The translations under genes and the position numbers were made by a program. The notes beneath the pieces are model-generated. The model searched no databases. It was not told the DNA's origin and worked only from the letters and a program-made list of their open reading frames with translations. From assembly GCA_963743105.1 (NCBI GenBank), contig CAVUOS010000022.1, positions 67,044-131,043 of the forward strand: 64,000 nucleotides of DNA. Reading direction: 5' to 3'. The stretch is from Terriglobia bacterium (lineage in GTDB: Bacteria > Acidobacteriota > Terriglobia > Terriglobales > Acidobacteriaceae). Below are positions 1 to 11,165 of this stretch, one piece after another (position 1 is the first letter of the stretch; each line of letters starts with the position of its first letter).

Positions 1-2
1 TG

Positions 3-194
3 GTCACTGCGCCTCCCGTGATCGGTGAAGGGGTTGTGTGTATCCAAGCGGGCGGTACGTTCGCGTTGGACACCGCCAACGGCAAGATCTTATGGAGAGC
101 TGGCCTTGCGGGGGCAATCCAATCTGTTCCTGTGCTGGCGGGCGAGACTATTTATCTCGCGGGCTTGAGTGGTGAGGTTTATGCGCTGCGGTAA
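3..194 (+). CDS. PQQ-like beta-propeller repeat protein, C-terminal fragment (5' end outside window)
   Basis: The frame is open from the window edge to TAA at 192-194. The translation ...PPVIGEGVVCIQAGGTFALDTANGKILWRAGLAGAIQSVPVLAGETIYLAGLSGEVYALR shows the blade pattern of BamB/PQQ-type propellers. Confidence 0.5.
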   Translation, partial: VTAPPVIGEGVVCIQAGGTFALDTANGKILWRAGLAGAIQSVPVLAGETIYLAGLSGEVYALR

Positions 195-1191
195 ACAAAG
201 GGCAGCGGTGCTGATCGTCATCTTCTTCTCAGTCGTTTCAAGCACTCTGAGTTCAGAAAGCCAGCTTCTTGTTTACAAAAAGAAGTACATCATGGGCACA
301 GTCTTCGAGATTGCTGCCTATGACGAAACATCCCGGAATGTGTCGGATGCGCTGGAGAATGCGTTTCAGGAGATTGTTCGCGTTGATAATTTGCTAAGCA
401 ACTACAAAACCGACAGCGCTCTGAGTTACCTGAACCGTTCCGCACATTTTCATGCAGAAAGAGTGCCTTCGGACTTGTACCGGATAGTCGAAGAGTCCAT
501 GCGGTTTTCCAGGCTGTCAGACGGCAAATTCGACATCTCCATAGCGCCTTTGGTGAATTTGTGGAAAGCTACGATCGCTGGTGAAGGTACACCGTCGTTA
601 ACGCTTCAACAAGCAGCCAGAGCTTGCGTCGGATACGAGAAGATCGAATTGACTCCTCCGGACCAGATTACTTTCCACTCCTCATGCATGCAGTTGGATC
701 TAGGCGCCATTGGCAAAGGTTACGCGGTCGACCGGGCTGCGGAAGTCCTACACTCTGCGGGAATTCACAATGCTTTGATTAATGCCGGCGGCAGCACGAT
801 TTTAGCGATCGGTTCGCCTCCGGGTCAGAGCGCATGGCTTGTGCATTTGCGAGACCCTTCCGGCAGGATTGATCCACAGGTCATGCTCAAGGACGAAAGC
901 GTTTCCACCTCCGAGCAAACAGCGTCATCTTTGCTAGGGGACGACCCGGCTGGACATATCATCGATCCGGATACCGGGAAACCACTGAGAACGGAATTTG
1001 CGGTCAGCGTCATTGCTCAGACCGGGACCGTCTCAGACGCCCTTTCAACGACCTCGCTGCTGCTGGGCCCGGCGAGAGGCAAGGTATTGCTCCATCGTAT
1101 GCCTGGCGTTTCAGCGATTTGGATTGCACGCGACGCACAGGTGGAAATGGCGACAGGGGGACCGCAGATTGTGGTCGGCAGAAAGTACTAA
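181..1191 (+). CDS. apbE: FAD:protein FMN transferase (ApbE family)
   Basis: ORF 169..1191, with the likely ATG at 181. It has a signal peptide and the ApbE motifs MGTVFEI, DISIAPLVNLW and LGAIGKGYAVDRA. Confidence 0.85.
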   Translation: MRCGKQRAAVLIVIFFSVVSSTLSSESQLLVYKKKYIMGTVFEIAAYDETSRNVSDALENAFQEIVRVDNLLSNYKTDSALSYLNRSAHFHAERVPSDLYRIVEESMRFSRLSDGKFDISIAPLVNLWKATIAGEGTPSLTLQQAARACVGYEKIELTPPDQITFHSSCMQLDLGAIGKGYAVDRAAEVLHSAGIHNALINAGGSTILAIGSPPGQSAWLVHLRDPSGRIDPQVMLKDESVSTSEQTASSLLGDDPAGHIIDPDTGKPLRTEFAVSVIAQTGTVSDALSTTSLLLGPARGKVLLHRMPGVSAIWIARDAQVEMATGGPQIVVGRKY

Positions 1192-1216
1192 TCTCGCAAG
1201 CTGGATTAAAAAGCGC

Positions 1217-2659
1217 ATGGTCTGTCGAAGGATGATTCTTTGTTTTTTTGTGTTGTTCTCCACTGCTGGTTGGAGCAGCGTCTTTGTCCACTGGACTCAA
1301 ACAGACTTGCCGCCAGCACGCGACCTGGGCATCAGTGATCTCGTGGTCTCTTGGGATGGCAAAACCTCATCCTTCGTGAAAGCCGCCGACAGGAAAGGAT
1401 ATCGAGTGTATGCAGAGGTGTCGTTACAGCAGGCTGTAACCGCTGCAGAAACTGCCACTAGGGTTGGCTTGGCAGGTCTCGTTCTGGACGTTGCCGACTC
1501 GGATCGTGCCGCAGCCGAGAGTGCGATTCAGCAGTTGCGTTCCGCCCACCCAAAACTCAGGTTCTTAGTGCTCAATCGCCACGGCAAGCGGCCGCAAATG
1601 AGAGGCAGTCTCGTGATTAAGCGGGATTCTGTGCTCGAAGTCTCCAGTCCCACCGCCCAGCCCTGGATCGACACGAACCTTGCGCTCATTAAGGTTCAAC
1701 AGAGATCTCACCCCGGGCGACTCCCGCTTTATAGCTTCCCTTGGAATGAGTCGGACTCCGGACAGCAGCAACAATCGATTACTCCCAGCGATTATTCACT
1801 GGCACTTGCCGAGGCGTGTGCCTTCCAGGCTGACCTGATGCTGGAGCTTGAGGACCACCTGCAGAAAGCTCTCGGTGAAAATGACCCACAAGCCAGGATA
1901 TTCTGGAAACAGGTGCGGCCCTATCTCGATTTTTGTGCGCATGAAAGTGACCAAGGGCTCGAAGCCGTTGCCAATGTCGCAGTCGTGGTCGATGATCTCG
2001 ATCCCAGTGATGAAGTCATGAATTTGATGGCCCGTCACAATATCCCATTTAAGGTTTTTCTACCCAGCGATTTGAAAGAAGAGGGCGTCGAAAGCTTCGA
2101 TGTGGTCGTGGTGTTCGCAAAGGGCGACCACGCGGCTTTTGAGCGAATTGGCAGTCTTGCCGCTCGCGGTAAGACGGTGGTAGTAGTGAACGCGCATGGT
2201 GCGTATCCCTGGCAGGCTCATGAGCGTGTGCGAGTGAATGAACACACCGTGTCCTACGCAATTGGAAATGGAAAGGTACTGGAGCTCTCAGAGCCTGTCG
2301 CCGATCCCGAAACGTTTGCTCAAGATATCCGTCGTCTGCTGGGGAAGCAGAATGCGCTCTTGAGTCTCTGGAATGGCCTGACGACGATCGCCGTACCCTA
2401 TCGTGTGCATGCCGGAACGCTGAACGTGCTGAATCTCATCAACTACGCCGCAGAACCAGTTCGCGTTCAAGTGCAGCTCAAGGGATCGTTCTCCACCATT
2501 CGCTATGAGACCCCCGAACACGGGTGTTGCAGGAGTCTCGCTCCGGTGAAACACGACGGGTTTACCGAGTTCGTAATTCCGGACTTATTGATTGCGGGTC
2601 GAGTGCATCTGGAAGCTGACCCGGTGGCTGCTTCCGAAGCAGGGCGAGGGCGTCGCTAG
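1217..2659 (+). CDS. hypothetical exported protein
   Basis: Part of ORF 998..2659; the ATG at 1217 gives the hydrophobic signal MVCRRMILCFFVLFSTAGWSS. The 5' part of the long ORF overlaps apbE. I recognise no family; the central VVVVFAKGD...GKTVVVVNAHG segment looks like a flavodoxin/GATase-like fold. Confidence 0.55.
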   Translation: MVCRRMILCFFVLFSTAGWSSVFVHWTQTDLPPARDLGISDLVVSWDGKTSSFVKAADRKGYRVYAEVSLQQAVTAAETATRVGLAGLVLDVADSDRAAAESAIQQLRSAHPKLRFLVLNRHGKRPQMRGSLVIKRDSVLEVSSPTAQPWIDTNLALIKVQQRSHPGRLPLYSFPWNESDSGQQQQSITPSDYSLALAEACAFQADLMLELEDHLQKALGENDPQARIFWKQVRPYLDFCAHESDQGLEAVANVAVVVDDLDPSDEVMNLMARHNIPFKVFLPSDLKEEGVESFDVVVVFAKGDHAAFERIGSLAARGKTVVVVNAHGAYPWQAHERVRVNEHTVSYAIGNGKVLELSEPVADPETFAQDIRRLLGKQNALLSLWNGLTTIAVPYRVHAGTLNVLNLINYAAEPVRVQVQLKGSFSTIRYETPEHGCCRSLAPVKHDGFTEFVIPDLLIAGRVHLEADPVAASEAGRGRR

Positions 2660-3378
2660 CGGAATCTGCGGATTAACAACGTATGGCGGTCCGATCGATA
2701 AAGCCCTAACACGTACAACGCGACCTTGCCTTTCGTCGAATAGATTTCCTGCCGGATCCGCAAGACGGCCAGTCCCGCGGGGATGCCTAATAGCCTCGCC
2801 GTTTGCGGGTCGGCCATGGTGGCATCTACTTCTTCGTCGGCATGTGCTATTCGGAGCCCGTAGTCGTGCTCCAGGATCGAAAACAGCGACACTCGGTCAA
2901 GCCGGGCTCGAGTCAAATCAGCGAATTCGTCGGCGGAGAGGTAGCATGTCTCGATGGCAAATGGTTCATCTCCGCCAAGCCTTAGCCGTTCCAGCCTAAT
3001 AAGTCGACTCGAGGCGGGCAGACCCAGACGGGCGGCAACCTCCTGCTCCGTATCAATCACACCCAGAGACAGCAGTTTCGAAGTAACGTGCAGGCCGCGG
3101 CCGGACATCTGCTCCGTATAACTCATCAGCTTGTTGAAATGAATCTTCGGAGGCGCAACGAACGTACCTGCGCCGCGGCGCCGCACGACCATTCCCTCGC
3201 GTTCTAACGCGGCTAGAGCATGACGCGCGGTCATGAGGCTGACTCCATGAATCCTCGCCAGCTCCCGTTCGGAGTCGACCACGTCCCCCGGCTTTAACTG
3301 GCCCAGCTCAAGACGTTTTACGATTGTGCCCTGGATTCGCCGGTACGCGGGCAGTCCGTTTTTCCGGACTTGTGGCAT
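2656..3378 (-). CDS. GntR family transcriptional regulator (HutC/UTRA subfamily)
   Basis: ORF 2656..3408. A winged-helix motif (SERELARIHGVSLMTARHALAALEREGMVVRRRGAGTFV) is followed by a UTRA-like C-terminus. The ATG at 3378 is preceded by GGAGGGGGAG. Confidence 0.85.
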   Translation of the reverse strand: MPQVRKNGLPAYRRIQGTIVKRLELGQLKPGDVVDSERELARIHGVSLMTARHALAALEREGMVVRRRGAGTFVAPPKIHFNKLMSYTEQMSGRGLHVTSKLLSLGVIDTEQEVAARLGLPASSRLIRLERLRLGGDEPFAIETCYLSADEFADLTRARLDRVSLFSILEHDYGLRIAHADEEVDATMADPQTARLLGIPAGLAVLRIRQEIYSTKGKVALYVLGLYRSDRHTLLIRRFR

Positions 3379-3708
3379 GAAACACTCCCCCTCCGTTGGG
3401 TGCACCATACTACAAAGTGCTCTAGTGCTCCAACAGAAATTTGCGTAAGCCGAAGCCCGCGAGGCAAAGCATTAAAGTTGGAGGAATGAAGCTTCAATCA
3501 GATAGCGGCTGCCTGCCAACGTGGAATCTCCTGCTGCCTTGAATAATCGTAAACGCCTAAAGAACATGTATTTACGCGGCTGATTGTGAGTGATAGTTCG
3601 CATTCCACGCGAGCTGCCCATAGACCTTGCCCACAGCGGAAAGTGCGGCCTTGGCTTACCCAGCTAGTACTTTTCCACTAAAAAATTCATTATCTCGACA
3701 TTTTTCTC

Positions 3709-3736
3709 TTGACGATGAATTGCGTTCTGCTATATA
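3709..3736 (+). promoter_or_regulatory. sigma70-like promoter for the TonB-dependent receptor
   Basis: TTGACG (3709-3714), a 16-nt spacer, then TATATA (3731-3736), about 35 nt upstream of the receptor start. Confidence 0.45.
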
Positions 3737-3769
3737 GCATAACCCCATCGTGGGATGGAGGGTTCTGTG

Positions 3770-6700
3770 ATGAGAAGACCGTCGATTGCGTTTTTCTGCT
3801 CACTTCTGGTGCTGCTAACCCTGACCGGCACCTCGCAGTTCGCATGGAGCCAGGAAGTAACGGCCGCGATTGTGGGGACAGTTTCGGACCCAAGTGGTGC
3901 GCCGATTAAGGGGGCGAAAGTCACCGCCACAGATACGGCACGCGGCACTCCGTATATAGGTGAGACCAACGATTCCGGCGCGTACAACATCACCCGCATT
4001 CCCGTCGGTAGTTACGAACTGAAAGTGGCGGCCTCAGGATTTCAAACGGCGGCGCATGCAGCATTTACGTTGGTACTCAATCAGACGGCGCGTATTGACG
4101 TACAGATGAAGGTCGGCCAGGTTTCCGAAACGGTTGAAGTTACTGGTACTGCTCCGATCCTGAAGACGGAGAGCACCTCCGTCGATACCATTATCGATGC
4201 CAATACGAACGACCGACTTCCTTTGGCCACCCGCAACTATGTTCAGTTGACTCTGCTGGCCCCGGGTTCCGTCACTCCAAACCCGGACAGCTTTAACAAC
4301 GGTGACAACACCGCAAGCGGCGGACGCCCTTACATCAACGGGAACCGCGAGCAGGCCAACAATTTCGTTCTGGATGGCGTAGACAACAACCAGGTCTCGG
4401 ATAACCTCGTGGGCTATACGCCAGCGCCAGACGCGATTGAGGAATTCAATCTCATCACCCAGAACGCACCCGCCGAGTTCGGCAACTACCAGGGCGGCAT
4501 TATCAACGCGACGATTAAATCCGGCACGAACGGCTTTCACGGCGACTTGTGGGAGTACTTTCGCAACGACGTCTTGAACGCGAACAAGTGGGAGAACGGT
4601 TTCAAGGGGCCGGCGCAAGCGCTCCCGAAAGACAAACTTCGCTGGAACATGTTCGGCGGTACGATTGGCGGTCCTATTGTAAAAAATAAGCTGTTCTTCT
4701 TTTTCGATTGGCAGTCCCAGCGCTTCGATCACCCTGCAATCGCGAAGAACGTAGGTGTTTTCACGACTGCCGAGCGGGGTGGGGACTTTGGAGATATTTG
4801 CACTAGCGGATTCACGGTAGGAATTTGTAATGACAGGGATAGCAAAGGGAATATCATCAACCAGCTTTATGATCCCTTCAAGGCGAACGCGCCCTTTGCC
4901 AACAACGTGATTACAGAACCAATCGATCCTGTTGCTCAGAGCCTCTTCTCGTCACCGCTATACTTATCCCCGACTGGCGCGGGTCTTCAGAATAATGCGA
5001 CTTACACCCAGGTTCAGGCATTCAACACTAACCAGTACGACATAAAGATCGATTTCAACGCAAGCTCTAGTGATCACATTTCCGGGCGCTATTCCCACGC
5101 TAAGCAGCACAACCCGACGACCAAGTCGTTTGCCCTGCTCTCAGGTGGGTTTTCAGACGCGCCGATTGAGAATTCGCCATTGATTGGAGCCACACTTTCA
5201 GCCCAACTCTACTGAACGACGTACGTGTCGGCATCAACCACGTTCGATTGCACAATGGACCCACGTTTAGCGCTGCGGCCGCGTCCGCCGGAACTGATCT
5301 TGGTATCGCGAACGCGAATGCTGCACGCGAGGGATTACTTTTCCTGAATTTCAATCCTGGCAGCGGTGCGCTCACCAACGTTGGAGACCGTTGGATCGAG
5401 CAGAAATTTCAGGACGCGGTAATTCAGGCATCGGACGCGGTTGTTGTCACGCACAATCGCCACGTCTTCCACACCGGGTTCGAGTTTTGGCGTGACCGCA
5501 TCAACACGTTCTACACCGGCAACAACGGAGCGCTGGGTGAAATCCAGTTTAATGGGCAGTTTACGTCCAATGCTCCTGCGGGATCATCGCATACCGGCGG
5601 GTATGGAGGAGCCGATTTCTATCTTGGCCTGCCCGATCTCTATGACATTGGCATACCGGGGGGCGAGTGGGGACAACGGGCCAATATCTTTGCAGCTTAC
5701 GTTCAGGATGATTGGAGAGCCACCGACCGCCTGACGGTCAACCTTGGGCTACGCTATGAGGCGCACACACCATGGGTCGAGGAACAGGATCGTCAGGTCA
5801 ACTTCGACCTCATTTCTGGCCAGGTGATCGCTCCGAATTGCTCCAAGGTGGACCTCGGCACAGCACCCGTTACCTGCCGCAACGGAAGCCCGGGACTGTA
5901 CAACGGCACCTACGGCGGTCGTGACTTCCAACCCCGCGTCGGCTTAGCCTGGACGCCCGCTTTTCTCGGAGGTAAATCTGTCCTCCGTGCGGCGTTCAGC
6001 ATGTCGTCGTACCTCGAGGGAACCGGTACGAATTTGCGGCTGCCCGTCAATCCACCCTTTACAAAAAAGGAGGCGCGCGTCGCTTACAGCGGGGTGCCAG
6101 TGCCGCCCACCACAACTGGAGACGGCATCGTTCCGGTTGGTTCTGCGAGCGATCCCTTCGGAGCAGCCCTGGTACGCGTGTGGGACCCCCACACGCAACC
6201 TGCCATCACTTATCAGTGGAACGGCACCTGGCAGCAGCTACTTTCCGGTTCTATGACGTTACAGGTAGGCTACGTGGGCCAGCATGGTACACACGAAATG
6301 GTCCCAACTCCGTACCTGCAGCGGCGTTTGCCTGGCGAGGCCGGTTGTACTCCTGTCGCACCGGACACCACCTGCCCCAGCGTTTACTTCTCCGGAAATC
6401 CGGCGTTCCAGTCCGACATCTCGCAGATCTCGGGGACCGCCTCGAGCGGGAGCTCGAACTATCACGCCCTTCAGGCAGTGCTGCAAAAGCGTTACTCGAA
6501 CGGTTTGCAATATCAGGTGGCGTACACCTTCTCACGCTGCAGAACTGACAACAGCGGCTATTACGGCAACTGGGGCGCACAGGCGGCTCCGGCCAACCCG
6601 TACTATCAGAACCTCTACGATCCCAGAGCGGATTGGGCAGACTGCTTCTTCGATTCGAAGAACGTGCTGTCCGCCTACGCGGTTTACGAGATTCCATTCG

Positions 6701-7233
6701 GTCACGGAAAACGCTGGGGCAGCGGGTCGAATGCTGTTGTAAACGGAGTCGCAGGCGGCTGGTCTGTCAACCCAATCGTTTCAGTGCACTCCGGATTCCC
6801 GGTGGCGCTGTATGACTTCAACTTCGCTGCCGGCGACTCGGCTGGCACCGGAAGTCGCGGCTTGCGCCCGGATTGCGGCCCTGGTGCAGGCAGAACGTTT
6901 GGAAGGCAGAAGTACTTTGATCCGAGCAGCGGCGCATTCGCCGGATATCGATGGTTCGACCCAACCCCATATACCGATCCTGCCAACGTATTCGGAACTT
7001 GTCCGGCGCAGGGACCGGTGGTCGGCCCGGGCTATGCGGACCTGGATTTGAGTCTGCAGAAGAACTTCCCGATCACTGAAAGTGTGAGGCTGCAGTTCCG
7101 AGGCGACTTCCTGAACGCATTCAACCACGTAAACCTGAATACTCCCAGTTCGTCCCTTGGCACCACGATGGGTGTATCCAGTACATCGTCAAGTCCGCGA
7201 GTCATTCAGTTCGCGCTCAAACTTTACTATTGA
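3770..7233 (+). CDS. TonB-dependent receptor with N-terminal carboxypeptidase-regulatory-like domain (frame interrupted once near 5165-5175)
   Basis: ORFs 3755..5215 and 5248..7233 are halves of one gene. The N-terminus is a signal peptide plus VTAAIVGTVSDPSGAPIKGAKVTATDTARGT...YELKVAASGFQT. Shifting frame at about 5170 reads through ...ENS/AIDWSHTFSPTLLNDVRVGINHVRLHNGPTF. The C-terminus ...IQFALKLYY is typical of a beta-barrel terminus. GGAGGG lies 7 nt before the ATG at 3770. Confidence 0.85.
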
Positions 7234-7256
7234 GCTCGCTGATATGATGGGGGCAG

Positions 7257-8231
7257 ATGTTTCGACATCTGCCCCTTCTTATGTTTAAACCCCCGGGATT
7301 AGGGCTATTGGTGGTGTTGCTGGCGGTTGCCGAAGGTTTCGGCCAAGCGGCCAAAGCGGCACCCTTAACTGCGCAACACGCGATCAAACTCGCGCAATCC
7401 GGACACTGCGAAGAAGCAGTTCCAGCGTTAAAAAGGGCCTCCCAGGCGGCGTCTGATAAAACCGTAAAGCGCACAACGGCATTCGCCGGCGTGCGCTGCG
7501 CCATGCTGATCAATCAAACGGGCGCGGCGGTCGACTTCCTGCAGATGCTGAACCGGGAATTTCCCAATGATCCTGAAGTTCTCTTTCTTTCGGTTCACAC
7601 GTACTCAGATCTCTCCACTACAGCTGCGCAGCAGCTCGCGATGACGGCGCCAAACTCCATCGAGGGACACAAGCTCAACGCAGAAGCACTCGAAGCACAG
7701 GGAAAGTGGGATGCAGCGGAGAAGGAGTACAAAGCCATCCTGGCTCAGAATCCCCACTTGCCCGGGATACACTTTCTTCTTGGGCGACTGCTGCTCTCCA
7801 AACCCGATGCAGGCCCGACTGCTGGCGAGGATGCCAAGAAAGAGTTCCAGGAGGAACTCAAGCTTGATCCTTCCAATGCAGGCGCGGAATACGTGCTGGG
7901 AGAGATGGCCCGCCAGGATAGTCAATGGGACGAAGCCATCCGTCACTTTTCTCGTGCCACCCAACTGGATGCTGGGTTCGGCGATGCATTTCTCGGGCTC
8001 GGAAGCGCATTGTTGTCAGCCAAGCGATTCTCTGACGCCATTCCACCCCTCCAAACCGCCGTCAAACTGGAACCACGGAATCCAGGCGCGCACTACAATC
8101 TTGCGACTGCCTTGACAAGGGCAGGACGCAAGGAAGAGGCAGACAAGGAATTCGCAATTCATCGCCAGATGACGCAGAAAGGTGATGCGGGACAAGGGCC
8201 GCAAGATGCGCCGCCCCAGAATCCGAATTAG
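7257..8231 (+). CDS. tetratricopeptide (TPR) repeat protein, secreted
   Basis: ORF with a signal peptide and repeated TPR-like A..Y..A/G..L helices (for example GAHYNLATALTRAGRKEEADKEF). Confidence 0.75.
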   Translation: MFRHLPLLMFKPPGLGLLVVLLAVAEGFGQAAKAAPLTAQHAIKLAQSGHCEEAVPALKRASQAASDKTVKRTTAFAGVRCAMLINQTGAAVDFLQMLNREFPNDPEVLFLSVHTYSDLSTTAAQQLAMTAPNSIEGHKLNAEALEAQGKWDAAEKEYKAILAQNPHLPGIHFLLGRLLLSKPDAGPTAGEDAKKEFQEELKLDPSNAGAEYVLGEMARQDSQWDEAIRHFSRATQLDAGFGDAFLGLGSALLSAKRFSDAIPPLQTAVKLEPRNPGAHYNLATALTRAGRKEEADKEFAIHRQMTQKGDAGQGPQDAPPQNPN

Positions 8232-8264
8232 TCAGTACTTTTTTGTCTCCACACCCGAGAAGCA

Positions 8265-9992
8265 GTGAACAGATCCTCTGCACAGCGAAACCGTCTTCCG
8301 TTCCTAACTTCCCGTCGCGACTTTCTCAGAAATGCGGGAGGAGTCTTCGCGTTCAGCGCATTCCCTTATCCCTTCCGCGCTGGCGCAGATCCGACCTACC
8401 CGTTTGAAGAGATTCCGCCAGAGAAGAGCGGCATCCGTTGGACGCACACTGCTGGAAAATCTCAGGAACGATTTCTTCCGGAAACCACAGGGCCGGGTTG
8501 CGCCTTCCTTGATTATGACAATGACGGGTGGATGGACATTTACCTGGTCAACAGTGGCAAGTGTGACTTCTATGATCCCGATCCGCCCTTGCGGAATGCT
8601 CTCTATCGCAATAACCGCGACGGCACTTTTACCGATGTCACCGAGAAGGCTCGTGTAGCCGCACGGGGATACGGCCAGGGAGTAGCGGTTGGCGACTACG
8701 ATGGCGATGGCTTCTCAGACATCTACGTCGCGCAATATGGAAGAAGCATCCTGTATCACAACAACGGGGATGGAACGTTCACTGATGTGACTGAGAAGGC
8801 TGGCGTGGCTGCGCCGGGATGGTCCTCCAGTGCTGTCTGGTTCGATTACGACAATGATGGCAAGCTCGACTTATTTGTCTGCCAATTTGTAGAGTTCTCC
8901 AAGGCTCTGAATAAGTCCTGTGGTCCTGGCGAAGAGGGTAAACACGGTTACTGCATCCCGCGCCTCTACAAGCCAATGCCGAGTTGGCTTTTTCATAACA
9001 ATGGTGACGGCACGTTCACCGATGTCAGCAAGACCTCCGGGATCGCCAACTCTCTAGGGAAAGCCTGGGGCGTAGTCGCGACTGACCTTAATAACGACGG
9101 TCTGCTCGATCTGTTTGTCAGCAATGACACCGCGCCGAATTTTGTTTTCATGAACCGCGGCAAAGGCCGCTTTGAAGAAAATGCCACCTCTGCAGGGGTC
9201 GCTTACAGCGATGACGGTCGGGCCCGCTCCGGTATGGGGCTCGATTCCGCCGATTTTAACCAGGATGGATGGATGGATCTGTTCGTAGCCAACATCGATC
9301 TTGAGCGCTTCTCGATTTACCAGAACAATCACGACGAAACTTTTGATGATCAGGCCGGTCCCACCGGAATCGGAATGGCGACAAGGCTGATGAGCGGTTG
9401 GGGGCTGAAGTTCTTTGACTATGATAATGATGGGAATCTGGACTTGTTCCTTGCCAACGGCAATCCCGACGATCTCATCGAGAGTTTACACAGCCAGGTG
9501 AAGTACCAAGAGCCATTAATGCTTTTTCGCAATACTGGCAACGGCTTTCAAAACGTAAGTTCGCAGAGCGGCCCCGTATTCGCGAAACCCCTGTCAGCTC
9601 GTGGGATGGCGATTGGGGACTTCAATAACGATGGCGCCGTCGACGTCCTGGTGGCAATCAATGACGGGGCTCCCGTTCTGTTGCGCAACGCTGTCGGAAG
9701 TCAGAACCATTGGCTCGGAGTCAATCTTGTTGGCACAAAATCGAATCCCGATGCCATTGGGGCCAGGATCACTTATCAGTCCGGAGATTTGAAGCAGCAG
9801 CGGATGAAGGTCGGCGGAGGCAGTTTTCTCTCATCTCATGATCCTCGTATGGTGTTGGGCATCGGGAAACGAACGAAGATTGATTGGGTGGAAATACAGT
9901 GGCCGCAACCCAGCGGCAAGGTCGAGCGCATCACCGAACTCCCGATTGATCGTTACGTCACAATTGTCGAGGGCTCAGGAAAATGGAAGTGA
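8265..9992 (+). CDS. CRTAC1-family FG-GAP/VCBS repeat protein with ASPIC/UnbV C-terminal domain, Tat signal
   Basis: It has the twin-arginine motif [11 protein letters not shown], many [18 protein letters not shown] repeats, and a C-terminal [10 protein letters not shown]...[17 protein letters not shown] (UnbV/ASPIC-like). Confidence 0.85.
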   Translation: MNRSSAQRNRLPFLTSRRDFLRNAGGVFAFSAFPYPFRAGADPTYPFEEIPPEKSGIRWTHTAGKSQERFLPETTGPGCAFLDYDNDGWMDIYLVNSGKCDFYDPDPPLRNALYRNNRDGTFTDVTEKARVAARGYGQGVAVGDYDGDGFSDIYVAQYGRSILYHNNGDGTFTDVTEKAGVAAPGWSSSAVWFDYDNDGKLDLFVCQFVEFSKALNKSCGPGEEGKHGYCIPRLYKPMPSWLFHNNGDGTFTDVSKTSGIANSLGKAWGVVATDLNNDGLLDLFVSNDTAPNFVFMNRGKGRFEENATSAGVAYSDDGRARSGMGLDSADFNQDGWMDLFVANIDLERFSIYQNNHDETFDDQAGPTGIGMATRLMSGWGLKFFDYDNDGNLDLFLANGNPDDLIESLHSQVKYQEPLMLFRNTGNGFQNVSSQSGPVFAKPLSARGMAIGDFNNDGAVDVLVAINDGAPVLLRNAVGSQNHWLGVNLVGTKSNPDAIGARITYQSGDLKQQRMKVGGGSFLSSHDPRMVLGIGKRTKIDWVEIQWPQPSGKVERITELPIDRYVTIVEGSGKWK

Positions 9993-10168
9993 CTGCGAAG
10001 GAAAGCCCCGTGCACGACTCGGCGAGGAAAGCGGACATCCAGCAGTTGTTGAATTGTTAGAGGATCGTTAGAGCGCGCGGTCAATGCGCTTGGCTGCACA
10101 AAATACAGCGAAGACTGGAGGTTGTACCCGGGGTCGGCCGATTTATAAGTCAGTCAAGGGAGTAAATC

Positions 10169-10501
10169 ATGCGCAGCGAAAATCGAGACCATCACGACGA
10201 GCGCTCGCCGGAGTTGAAAAGCGACCTCGAAACTCAACCAGACGATCTTGGCAAAGATCCGATCCAGGTCGGAACCCAAAGCGCGGGCCAGACGGCGAGG
10301 GCGTTAGGCCTGTCAGCCGAACCGGAAGCCTCCGAAGACTCTGTAGAGGATTTGTCGGACACTGATCAGGCTCTTGAGGCTGCCGCCCTTGAAGGCATCG
10401 AAGACGCCGCAGACCATCCCGAACGCCCAACACACACCCACGAAGAATACGGGCATCCCGACGATGTGCCCCCTCGAAATCGGGACGACGAAGCCGCCTG
10501 A
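10169..10501 (+). CDS. hypothetical acidic, low-complexity protein
   Basis: 110-aa ORF with GGGAG 7 nt upstream of the ATG. It is strongly D/E/H-rich and I recognise no family. Confidence 0.4.
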   Translation: MRSENRDHHDERSPELKSDLETQPDDLGKDPIQVGTQSAGQTARALGLSAEPEASEDSVEDLSDTDQALEAAALEGIEDAADHPERPTHTHEEYGHPDDVPPRNRDDEAA

Positions 10502-10688
10502 CAAAATGCGATTCTGTAATACCCGCTACGGACAAACATCACACCTTCTCCAGAAACCGCTGTATTGCTCCCCTAAGGTTCGCCAAAGGACAATTCTCTT
10601 GTCAATCGATCGCGCTCCAGGAGTGGCGAACTGGCCGCGTCCATTCCGAACGCTTGGGAATCGACAAAGTACATCTGGAGGGTTCAAC

Positions 10689-11111
10689 ATGCGACAACTT
10701 TTCCTACTACTTTCCGTTCTGCTGCTCGGCCTGTCGTGGGCGGTCGCGCAGGATAGTACAAGCCCGGCGACTCAAGGTTCCACCAGTAATTCAGGGCAAA
10801 CATCGCGCACAGGTGCTGACGGCCAAATGACGGTCGAAGGCTGCTTGAGTGGCGCCAGCGGAAACTTTACTCTCACCGACAAGAATGGAATGTCGTATCA
10901 ACTGAGCGGCGATACCGCGAAACTAAGCGAGCACGTCGGTCATGAAGTGAAAGTGACCGGCACGTCGGGATCAGCCGGCGCTGGGGCGTCGGGTTCGACA
11001 GAACCTGGCGGTGCTGCTGGCACTGCGGGGGCTGACCAGACATTGCAAGTGACTTCTGTAAAACATGTTTCCAAGACCTGCAAGTCCGGCGGCAGCGGCA
11101 TGTCGCACTAG
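10689..11111 (+). CDS. hypothetical small secreted protein
   Basis: Internal ATG of ORF 10374..11111, preceded by GGAGGG. It has the signal peptide MRQLFLLLSVLLLGLSWAVAQ, Ser/Gly/Thr-rich segments and two Cys. A terminator follows. Confidence 0.6.
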   Translation: MRQLFLLLSVLLLGLSWAVAQDSTSPATQGSTSNSGQTSRTGADGQMTVEGCLSGASGNFTLTDKNGMSYQLSGDTAKLSEHVGHEVKVTGTSGSAGAGASGSTEPGGAAGTAGADQTLQVTSVKHVSKTCKSGGSGMSH

Positions 11112-11130
11112 GTCGCTTCAAATGAACAAA

Positions 11131-11157
11131 GCCCAGCGAAATTGCTGGGCCTTTTTA
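11131..11157. terminator. rho-independent terminator between convergent genes
   Basis: GCCCAGC-gaaatt-GCTGGGC followed by CTTTTTA. It sits between the stop at 11111 (+) and the stop at 11166 (-). Confidence 0.7.
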
Positions 11158-11165
11158 TGTCCAGC

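Noticed and set aside
3409-3708. Cobalamin or other riboswitch in front of the TonB-dependent receptor.
   Set aside because: The best promoter (3709-3736) leaves only about 30 nt of 5' UTR, and no B12-box-like or other conserved riboswitch core is visible upstream.
3755-3772. An identical 13-nt string GGAGGGTTCTGTG immediately upstream of both the TonB receptor start (3757-3769) and the ADOP permease start (minus strand, about 55561-55573).
   Set aside because: It is mostly a Shine-Dalgarno sequence plus a short spacer. With only two occurrences I cannot distinguish a shared regulatory element from coincidence.
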